Origin: Ptychomitrium polyphyllum
Lineage: Eukaryota
DNA length: 64,000 nucleotides
Assembly (NCBI GenBank): GCA_973851085.1
Contig: OZ316775.1
Span: forward strand, 9,362,001 to 9,426,000
Direction: 5' to 3'
A model generated the notes under the pieces. The model made no database searches, was not told where the DNA came from, and worked only from the letters and a program-made list of their open reading frames with translations. Positions 53,474-64,000 of this stretch are shown here, in pieces; the stretch's first letter is position 1; every line of letters begins with the position of its first letter. A program made the translations under genes and the position numbers.

Positions 53474-55845
53474 AAAGCAGTTTTGAAGACTTAGGAGAGA
53501 AGGACAAGATTTCTTTTAACAAATGTTTAAGGGTTTTAGAGGTACTGAGAATAATTTCAACGCATGGGGAAATGACTGATCATGTCTGCATCCTTGGTAA
53601 ACAACTAAAAAATCGATATCGAACAAATATATACTCTACTGCAATTTGAAATACTTCAGCATTTACAATTAGAAAATGTAGCAAGAATTGAAAGATTTGC
53701 ATTTATCCTCTAACCTTCCTCGCTGTAGCTTAAAAATCCACGAACACACGAGCAAGGAACACGAGAGGGACAGAGAAACATACCAACCAAATCAAGACGC
53801 ACATGAAAACCAAACGGACGAGCGTCAAGCCAGATCTTACAATGTCCTGAAGACAAATTGCTGAGAGAAACACTTCCCTACTCCGCAGAAGATACTACAC
53901 TCAACGCCTTGCAACAGTTTGTACAAAGTCACAAAGTATTTGGAGCTCAAACAGAACAAAATAACCAGTTCTGATCGTAAATGAACTAAACCAAACAAGG
54001 TTAATAGGAAACACCAAAAGCTACAAAAGCATGACCAAGACCGCCACTTACACATACAACACAGCAGCACAAGCTCACCTACGCAGGAAGCACTAAAAAC
54101 CATCTCCGTGAACTATCACCTCCAAAGAGGAACTACACAACAGCGAAGCCACAACAGGCACGCCGACACCGTCGACTATTAGATTCGGGACACTTGAATT
54201 ACCAAAACTAATGCTCTACCACGGTAGACTCCGCGACGAGATCTCGAATCCACAACAAACACTAGCAAAAAAAAACTCCGTTCCAAGCCAAAGAACAACA
54301 CCACCACACGAGCTTCGCAACCTCATAAACTACCGCATGCCGCTCCCAGCACCGAAAATCCACAAAAACATTCCACAAAACGAAAGAAACCGAGAATATA
54401 GCAGAAATGCAGCACAGAAACTAGCGGGAAGAAAGAGTGCACAAGATCCACAACCTGGTGGCGCTCTCCGTCCAGGCACTCGCAGTTTGAGCTACAGCGA
54501 GAAGTAAAGGCCAGGTGTTGTCTTGTGGTGAGCTTAAGAAGAAGGCAATGTGAAACTCAAACACAGCCACAGCCTCAGCCACAACCGCAGCCTTTGTCTC
54601 TCTCTCTCACGCTCGCTCTCTATGCGTCTCTCTCGCTCGCTCACTCGCTCTGCTGCGAAAAGTGTGAAGCGTGCGACGTAGGGCATCGACTTGCAGTGGC
54701 ATTGCCTCACTCAGCGGGGCTGGTGATGGAGGGCAATGCCAAAAACCGAGAACATCTACCCATTTCATAGAATTTCAAGGAAGATATTTGAGACTTCCGT
54801 AGTTATATCACATCGCATTACACCGACGGTTTAGGGAACTGTGACGATATAGGGTGAACATCTCTGGTGGCGCTGTGGATGAGAGAGACTAGATGTTATG
54901 GAGCCTCTGTTCATCTCGTGTGAACAATGGATGAAATCACTGACTGTTGTGTACACAAAACCATTAGTATGTCTAAAACAGGCATTACCTAAAAATATAA
55001 AAGTCGGTGTCTAATTCTACGAATTTTTACATTTATTTCGGGTATAGTGATGGTCGTACGACTGCACTCCATTACCGCTTTCAAACCCCTTCGTAGTTGT
55101 GACAAAGTAAAGGATTTGTATCCATACGTTACTGTACTAAAAACCGATATTGTCTACTCGAGACAGTCATTCAATTTCGTTGATTTTCTCACTGTGCATA
55201 GATTTAGTCAATTTCAAATTCTGTGACAAGTCACGTAAATTATTTCGGAACTATCTAGGCAACAGTGTAGACTCAAAATCAAAGTACTATGAGTGTTTAC
55301 TCGAAATAGTATGTCGGTTTGGGAATCAGTGATGATTTTAGGTATTATCGCTCAGTTCATTAAGTCGTGCAAGAGCGTAGAAGCTCTGGTGTGAAAGCGG
55401 CGCGGGGTGCAGACTTAAGGACCCCCAAAATGAAAGACTTTTCAAGCTCTATGGACTCACCTGGTTAAATGTTGTCATTTTGTAGATGATTGTACTGTAT
55501 CTACAAACGTAGTGCCAGCTGTCGGTGTTTAATTAGTATGACGGGCACAAGGAATGGAGAAGCGGCGGCCAGTTTGGCGGCTTATGAAATCAACGTGGCA
55601 GTCCTTACTAGGCAGGTGGCATGTGAGCCAGGCTGGACAAGGTGGATTAATGGTTTTCAATTTGGTATCCGCCTTGCTGGCCGGTTAAAAGGTGAGTTGG
55701 CAGTGGGCTATAAACATGGTCAAAGCGAACTGTTTTGGCATTTCGCAAGAGGTTATACCAATTATGAATTTGTCATGTTCAAAGTGGCTGTTTAAACCAT
55801 CTTGAACACTGTCTGAAAAGGACACTTCATAGTATGACAAATGTG

Positions 55846-55911
55846 AATGGTGACTACAACAATTTGAGGTTAAAGCATGCATCATCAATGGTGACTACAA
55901 CAATTTGAGGT
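55846..55911. repeat. Exact 25-bp direct repeat AATGGTGACTACAACAATTTGAGGT, period 41, at the edge of a short AT-rich block (about 55900-56560)
   Basis: Copies at 55846-55870 and 55887-55911. Confidence 0.85.
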
Positions 55912-58331
55912 ATGTCAAAGCTTGTTACAGATGCACTACTTTAGCAAGTCTTTTTCTGAAATGTTATAAAGTGCATAAATGTTTTATGTTTAGTTGTAGA
56001 AGATTTGAAGGTGCAATTACATAGATAAAGTCATTACACTCTTGAATAATATTATAAAACTACATTGATTTATTTAATTTAACTTACTTTAAAATAAGTG
56101 GTAATGAAAACAAGATGTTTAATTAAAAAAATCTATAAGCTCTACTATTCTAAAGACTTTTTTGGATTATAGATATCTCTTTGAAATCCTAAAATTCTAC
56201 AATTATATCACAATACACATATCTTGTATAACAACAATTCTAAAAGATTCAACAATTAAGAAAATAGACTCAATATAAACAATTTATTTTCTTTAGATTG
56301 TAGTCAAAGAATTTTTGCATACAAATATACACTTTTTGGAACTTGTAAGCAAATTTTATAGAGGTTTATCTCAATGTCAAGCCATATCAAAATATTAGTC
56401 TTATGCAACAACATGTCACTGTCATTGTCAAGTATTAATGACTATACAATTTAATAAACATGTCACCTTATGTTAGATCTTTATAATGACCCATGTCATA
56501 TCATGTAAAATGTTTTTAATAACCGTGTCATCTTATGTTAGATCTTAAAATATATTCAATGTGGGCTCTCATACTGGAGCAGCATATCATGAAACTTCCA
56601 CTGTCTCGTGTGACACGGTCCTAAATTACTATACAATTGTGCACAGCATCGGAGGAAAGGACCTGTTGTTTCTTTTGTGTTATTTATGGTCGTCACTTCA
56701 CCTATGCAGGTCGCTGCATATCCAATAGGAGTTTGAATGGATCATATACAAGGAGATTCCATACGTAATGTGTGACATCAACACAACAATTCTGCTGATA
56801 TCCAATCACTGTGTAGTAGTCCCAGGGTGGTAAGATATTCTTCCAGGAATGGTGGCCTTCAAGCTTTGTAAAATTCTTTTTGCGTTTTAGTGAACTGCGT
56901 TTTTGCGTTTTGGCAAGCGTTCTAGTGACACCTCGTGCTCATGGACCACACCACACTGACACACTCCTCATTGCAAGAGGAGTTCCCTTGCAAGTTCAAA
57001 GACGTGCTGCAGGACTCCACTGTAGTCATCCGTGTGAGAAGTAACGTGATCTAATTATACTGTCCACTGCAGTGTTGGTATAACATTAATTAAAAGTGAG
57101 GTGGCTGCCTTTCAAAGTGGACCTCATGCTTAGTAAGTTATAGCTACAGTATATGTGATGCACTATTTCTAGACTACTTTGGATTAGCCCAGGGCGAGGA
57201 AAGGAACCATTGCTATGAATAACTTAGGCTTTGCAACAACAGGAGTAGTTTCGCCTGGTAACCAGGAATGGAGGTGCGAAGATGCTTCATAGTTTCCACT
57301 TGCTCCAAGAAGTTGCTAGCCCAGAACCCACCTGGGAAAAAAAACCAGTCGAAGAGATATACTGTAGAATCCTCCTGTTTCCAAAAAACGAAAGAGAAAA
57401 ACGTTGCAGATACACTGTAGAAATCCTCCTGTCAACAAAATCTTATCCACCAGATAAAATCGTTTCCAGTCATTGAAACCTACTTGCTAAAGGAACTTCC
57501 AGAACTAAACCTGGATAGTTAAATGCATGAGGTTAGTTGTACGATGCAGAAAAAATGTCCAGTACTGAACTGCAGCTACTAAATACTAAAAAGACAGAAC
57601 TTATTCGTAAAGCCTATCCAAGTGCCAGAATACAGCTACCTGATGTTAAGAATGACGAGAGTCAGGCTGCACAGCGCCTGGCCTCTGGGCAGCATGTCCT
57701 ATACGAGGCACAATGCAATCATGTAATCTGCAGTTTATTAACAAAAAGAGCTCACAAGGTGTAAAGCACTTTCAAGAGAACAGTGTCAGTCAAACCATTC
57801 GAGAAGAGAGCAAAACAATTCATTCAACTACCACCCAAAGAATATAGAGGGTCGAATAATCAGAAAATAAATTACTTTGAAGAAGGGCCAAGTGTCCCAA
57901 TAACTGGAGACAGACACACATTGAGAGCTACAAATCAACTCACTCTCGAGCCTCATAAAGCAACCCCCGGAATTTACTGTCGACGAATCTAGTCTAGCAA
58001 TGGCAAAGACTCAGCCATTATGTCCGCTTCCCCAAAACTTTATGACGCATAGCTGGTCAGGGAGTGTCTAAGATTGGTCAGATCAACTTCAATTTCAGAG
58101 GTACTCCCCACCTTGGCTTGCTTTTGTGATGCGTCCTCAACTTGTTTTTGTCATGGTAAATGGTAGTAACATTGTACAAAAAAAATTCCTTTCTCGCTCC
58201 TCGTGGAATTCACCAACGCAGCGTCCAAAGCTCCACGAAGAGGACCAGGGCAGACCAGCCAGTCCACCTTGCCTTTCTCATAAGAATTACAACCCAAAGA
58301 TTTGTATTAAAATACACGACCTCCCTCTTCT

Positions 58332-58973
58332 TCAGGCTTGCACAGACTTCGGTGCCAAAGGCCCAGGGTGCTGAGAGATACGAGCCGCGTGAGCTTGTTG
58401 GGGAACTTTTTGAGGTGATCCACCTGCAGTGGAAGTCTGCAGTGGACTGGGCTCCTTGCTATAGGAAGGTTTGATATTTGGGTTCACATGATTGGGTACC
58501 TGGGTCAATAGATTCACCTGGGAACTAACGTCAGTACGTGCTTTCTTCACAACAGGCTCGTTAAATGACGTGTTCGAGGTAAAGCCAGCTTCAGTTTGCT
58601 CGGTTTTGGCATTTTCAATTGTCGCATCGGTATGGGCTGGTGTACCAGCTACTGAACCAATACCTACACGTTGTTCCTCGCAGACAGTGGTTGTCATACT
58701 ACTATTGGAGGGCCCCAGACGAGATGGAGTAGCGGCAAAGGCAGTTGTTAATGCAGCAGGCGCACCACTAGGCAAATCAGGATGGTTTAGTTTGGCCTGT
58801 TGTTCAAGCATCTTTTGAAGTGATTGACCTTGAGCTTCGATGCGTAGTTGCAACTCTCGCTGGATCTGCCAGAGTTAAAATGAAACAAACTCAATGCCGA
58901 CAACCGCTTGGAAAATTACCTAAAGCGAGAGGGTCTAACTACTACCGGTTGCTCAGTACAACGATGGTGAGAA

Positions 58974-59026
<53 letters not shown>

Positions 59027-61672
59027 CAGATAAGTAACATACCTCAAGCTGCTCATGGAGCTTCTTCTGCACCTCCATTTGCATTTGCAATGCTTGTGCA
59101 ATCTGGTGACTCCTATATATAGGAAAATAGAACATCAATTCAAAGAGATAGATAAAGCTCATTGCTAGGCAAGTTTCCAATGACAGACCCCAGAGTCTCC
59201 GTTAGAAGGCGAAGGCTTACTAACATTTTGCAGCTCGCCCAGGTTGATTGGAACTACAGGTTAAACTAGCATCAATTAACAGGGAGAATTAAACTTACGA
59301 TCCGAGATCAAGAGGGGTGAACAAGCTGTCCTGCTTTCTTCGTTCAGCTTTTGCTTCTGTGTATCCCATATTGCTACGTCAGTCTTGAGACTAACCAGAA
59401 CGAACCCACTGATATGATATTAACAGCTATTCAAATAGCACCATCAAGAGCTAGTTTGAGCCTAAAAAGTAAAACACACACAAGAATCACACCTTCCGAA
59501 ATCTCTGGCATGTACTTTGCAAGTCGGTACTTCTGAAATCAACAGAGAATCACAGTTAATCAGGGAAACTCAGGACTAAATAAGGATTGGACAAGCCTCT
59601 GTCGACCAAAGATAACCTTCCACATCCGGCATTTTCAGAAAGATTTACGTGCAATTAAGGAGAACAACGTATCACCACTAGTAACAAATTACAATCTTAC
59701 TTTGCTTGCACAAAGTTCAAAGCACAGAGGCAGCAAGCATAACACGTACCTAGACTGTAAGTTTATGATAAGTTTATGAATGAAAAAGGCCCAAGACTGA
59801 GAGAAAATCCCAAACCTGGAGGTGACTTTTCACATGGTAGATTGTGATTCCTTGAACACCCATCAATCTTAGCACTGCCTTCGGAGTTGCACCTTTAGGG
59901 ATCAAAACAGAGGGTCAGCATCCTTCTTGTGTCTTTAAAATCCACATTCCACATCTACTGTACTGCAAGAAGCAAGAACCAACAAAATCAGTTCTGGAGA
60001 TGACTTACGTTCTGCTCCTCCAAGGTGCGCTACAGCAGTGACGAATTTCTCATGAAGCTCTGGGGTCCATCGCAGCCGTGACTTTGAAGATGGTTTCGGA
60101 CTCTCAGAAGACACAGCACCTGTTGAACCTGAACACAATAAACAACTCCATCACGTAAGAGTAAAAATTATCACAGTACTGCCTGCATTCCGAGAGTTCA
60201 TTAATGTTTGCAACGAAAGAAGCATAGCCAACAGCTACATTAGGGCCGACATGGAAATGCTAACATAGAGCTGACATAGCCATTTCAGGCTCAAAATTCC
60301 AACACAGACCTGACCAATTTAGTTATAGTCATAATATCACCTTATTCATCTCCAAACCCTATAACATCCACTTGCTACAAATTAACTGAACTTCTAGTAA
60401 CCATTCTACATAAGATGCAAAACAAAGAACTCACTCGCTGGATGTTGCTCAGTAGCAGGTGGTTGCGAAGCCAGTGGTTCGGCCTGAAGTGGTGTATATC
60501 TTACGCTCTGGTACAACGTCTGCAATTTAACAAATCAAAAACCCTTATCTAGTTAACCATTTGATAGCATATTCAACTTCTGATAATTTCCAATAGTGGA
60601 AGAGCAATCACTATATGTTAACCATTTATTCAAGATGAGAAACACTGCACGTGCTCCATCGTAACTAAATCCAGGAAGTCAATATAAACATGAAGGTGAA
60701 TATTGCAGCTAATATCCGAACTAATTCAGACCCAGCGTGCATCATGAAATGCTTAGATGAAACCACCCATCACAAATACTCAACTTCCACATAATTTTCC
60801 TCTTTCTAAAACTCTCATAAACATAGCCGGGTATATGTGATAGAGCAAAAATGCTGATCTAAAGTCGATGTCATCTGACTTACGACTAGAAATTATTTCC
60901 CGCTATTAATCCCCCATACTAACCTAGTCCAAAGCAAGAGTACAGAAACATGTAGACTGGAATACGGCTGACCTGTTCCACCGCTTGTGCCATATAGGCT
61001 GTTAGCTCACAAATATATTAGTAGAATCTGCCCACCATAAAGCAACAATACAACCCAAACGTACGACTCCTAGCCCCCTAGGCTGAATGTGGATGTATGC
61101 GGGCACGTGAAGAAAAGTTACCCTTCCATCGTCTTGCTCTACATCAATCAGCTGCGTCCAGCAACTAGCAACGACATCCTCTTCGGGCACGAGCTGATTC
61201 CATGTCAACCATTCGCCTCCACCACCAAACATATCAGTGCTCGGCTCAGCCATCGGCACAACCACGGATGGCCCCTCTCCATGGGGCAAGGCTGGCGGTC
61301 CCTCTGGAGAATCCAACAAATCCTGCTCCCACAAGAAATCCACAGAAATTCCTGTCAGCTAGCTCCCTCACTTTCCACACCCGTCACCCCAAAATCCTCG
61401 AAATCAACGCACAAACTGCCCTCTTGAACATGCTTCTAATGATTTCCTACTCTGGTGCAAATCCTCCGCCAATTCTCCGACCAAACTTTTTCCACCAACG
61501 AACTCCACCATCGACATGCCCTCCCTTGGCCAAAAACACACCATCTCTCCCTTTTGCACAGAAACTCCAAGAAAGCAAGCGAAACCCTTGTAATCCCTAA
61601 AGCTGATCACTCTGGCCCCTAACACCACCAAACCAGCACGAAACGAGCATCATTACCTACAACCCACCTCAT
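58332..61672 (-). CDS. PHR1/PHL-like MYB-CC (GARP) transcription factor, about 409 aa; first exon uncertain
   Basis: Exons 61672-61657 (tentative), 61351-61122, 60519-60435, 60128-60009, 59892-59816, 59532-59493, 59356-59299, 59112-59043 and 58865-58332 join in frame (1230 nt). MYB domain KSRLRWTPELHEKFV...ATPKAVLRLMGVQGITIYHVKSHLQKYRLAKY; coiled coil ALQMQMEVQKKLHEQLEIQRELQLRIEAQG. Confidence 0.95.
58978..59023. repeat. (AT)23 microsatellite in the last intron of the PHR-like gene
   Basis: Read directly from the sequence; begins about 18 nt from the donor site. Confidence 0.95.
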
Positions 61673-63052
61673 GAATTGAAACCAAAACCAAAACCAAAAC
61701 CCAACTCACGATAATTTCCGACCGACACTCTCCCACCAACAGAAAAACATCCAAACCTCCAGACGCCTCTCGTTTTTTCGCTCTCTACCTACCGCATCCT
61801 GTTTGGGAACAACCCAACTCACCGAATTCCACATCAGCGACGACAATGGGCAGCAACTCCGACTCCGCCCGGAAAAACAAAAGCACCGCTTTCGACAATC
61901 TGCACGGCAGGTTACAATGCTCCAACCCTGCGGTGCGGGGGTGGCGAGAGAATCAAAGTAGCGAAGCGAGCATATTGCAAGAGCTGCAGGGACTCGACGA
62001 TGGAAAACGCAACCCACACGTAAAATTCTCACGGGCACCGGAGCGCAAAGCCTCGACTCGCACAGCTTCACGCTCTGACGCACAGCATCTCGCCCCCTCG
62101 TGCCCCCCCTGCCCCCTGCGCCTCCGACGGACGTCCCTACGGCGGACGATAATTGGCTACCACGGACGATAATCGTCTGGTGTGGAGGAGAATCCCCTTG
62201 TGCGACGGACGAGAATCATCTTGCACGACGGACGACGTTTGATGGACGGACGAGGAGGTGGAAGGACGGAGCCAGTTGGCTAGGAGAGAGTATCTTAGAT
62301 TTAGCAGTTCATCACCGTCGCTTGTGGTTCGGTCGACGGGGAGGGAACTGTATATAAAGCCGTCACTGCGCCCAAATCCAGCTTGCTCTAACACTGGCAT
62401 ATATTTTCCTTCTTATACACTACTCGTCGGGTACATGAGATCCGCCGGTGTATCAAAAACTAATATTACTCCATCGGCCATTTGGATTCATGTTTATATG
62501 GCTACTAATTTCATGGAAAGTGTGTGAAAGTATACTCGTCATCCTATGTATTTTGAGATGGATTTTATGTAAGTTTTTGTTTCAAGTCCAACAAAATCCA
62601 ATGGCTAAAGGAGAATCTAGGCAGCTTATAGACTTCACATTGAAGTGACGCCTGTCAGTAGTGACGGTTTTGAGGATGATTGTCTGATTGTGGCATTTAT
62701 GGGAGGCATATATAAAAGCGTCATGGTGCGCAAAATCGACATAATCTTACTTTTCCGTACACTTCAGGTTACGAAGTCTAAGCTCTCCGTAGATAAAGAA
62801 GATAATGCAACTTTTTGTGCTTGAAGTGTTGATGTTGTGCGTGCTTCCCCTCTAGAGTTGATCCCAATCCACGAAGACTTTGCTCGCTTACTAAGTTGTA
62901 TTTTTCCAATCTGTGCAGAATCGTCTCCACAGCTAGTTGACCTGAAATCTTGAGAAGCCTTTCGAGCTTTTAACAGGCTGAGAGACAGACGCATTTCGTC
63001 TTGACCAGGTGATGGTTACTTCTGGGCACGTACCTGCTTCTGCATGGGATAG

Positions 63053-63617
63053 TTGGCTTGAAACAAAAACTCATATAAAATCCATCAGCCATCGTAGTAT
63101 TCGACCAATTAAAGGAAGCCACTGCTACAATATCCGAGAAATCTATGTGACGCTCTAAGGTTCACGATGAACCTGAATTAGCTTTTCTGACACAGTTCTA
63201 ATTAAACTGAAAACTTTCAAGCTCTTAAGTACTCTAAAATCCTAAAAACTGAAGATTAACCGGCACAGTCTGCACAAACTTGTCTGCACCTACTCATTTA
63301 CTTCTCGAGAGACGCATTATAACGGATGAGAACCATTATAATCTGTACCAACAAAAGCCTGTCCATTCCCAGAATCCACTAGCTGCCTGCTCTTTCGCAG
63401 CAAACCTATCGTCACCGAGTCTGTACAGAATTGGCATCAGAATTCATGTGTGCACATCATTCTCACCCACTTTCAAAAGCGGAATAATCGCCAAGAAGAC
63501 ATCATCTAGATTTGGGATACATGTTGCTGTATAACGTGACCCTCGTCAACGCACTGAAACCAACGGCTGAGACAAACAGATTGAACTGGTACTGCATGAG
63601 TTTTTGTTTCAAGCCAA
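63053..63617. mobile_element. Candidate MITE / non-autonomous TIR element, 565 bp
   Basis: Perfect 22-bp inverted repeats TTGGCTTGAAACAAAAACTCAT (63053-63074) and ATGAGTTTTTGTTTCAAGCCAA (63596-63617). Flanks GATAG and GATAA match at 4 of 5 positions. Interior appears non-coding. Confidence 0.5.
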
Positions 63618-64000
63618 GATAAAAAGGATTAATTCCGGAACATGTTAATTAGATTTTGTTTCGTCCCTCACTTGATTCTAACTGGCCTGAAGGCATCGGC
63701 AGTGCTTTCTTCAAGGACATTGCATTAGGGGTATATGGAAGGAAGTGATCACGGATCGTCGATTGCCCCCAGCCCACCATGTCAAATGGGGTGACAGCTA
63801 TTCTAAATCATGTTTTCTTCCGCTCTTAATCAATATTTGACAGCAATTTGCCGGACTACAAACTGTTTTTGCAAGACTCACACACGAGTGACGGAGTGAT
63901 AAGAAGTAGATGCCAAATGTCATAAGTATTTGACGCAGGTTCGGGCAAACGTTCACGACATCAGATGGCACGAGACTGAACAATTCTGAAGCTTTCGGAA

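Noticed and set aside
55846..55911. Direct repeats as a CRISPR-like array
   Set aside because: Only two copies with a 16-nt spacer, eukaryotic context and no cas genes.
58820..59180. ORFs with YIYIYI runs
   Set aside because: Translation of the intronic (AT)23 microsatellite.
60567..60574. P1BS GCATATTC inside a PHR-like intron (possible autoregulation)
   Set aside because: A single motif with six fixed bases is expected many times by chance in 64 kb.
62764..62994. 76-aa minus-strand ORF as the last exon of a gene
   Set aside because: In-frame stop just upstream, no convincing acceptor and no motif.

Overview
Eukaryotic nuclear DNA from a land plant, most likely a moss (Physcomitrium-like). 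This is inferred from the intron-rich genes separated by very AT-rich blocks and cannot be proven here. Most short ORFs in the track are spurious. By manual GT-AG splicing I can support nine protein-coding genes: the 3' end of PSBO (+), a NIK/CIK-type LRR-II receptor kinase (+, 12 exons), a rhamnogalacturonan lyase (+, 15 exons), a non-RD bulb-lectin S-domain receptor kinase (-, 3 exons), an HSP20/ACD-like protein (-), RPS25 (-), a NudC/BOBBER-like chaperone (-), an unrecognised 121-aa protein with a spliced uORF (-), and a PHR1-like MYB-CC factor (-). There is no CRISPR array, tRNA, rRNA or intact transposon. I found no clearly new multi-gene system. The best leads are: an intron-exon inverted repeat enclosing a 3' splice site of the BOBBER-like gene, two same-strand miR390-like sites downstream of RPS25, a 565-bp element with perfect 22-bp terminal inverted repeats, the orphan gene, a synonymously diverged internal duplication in the HSP20-like protein, and a CGGACG cluster upstream of the PHR-like gene.
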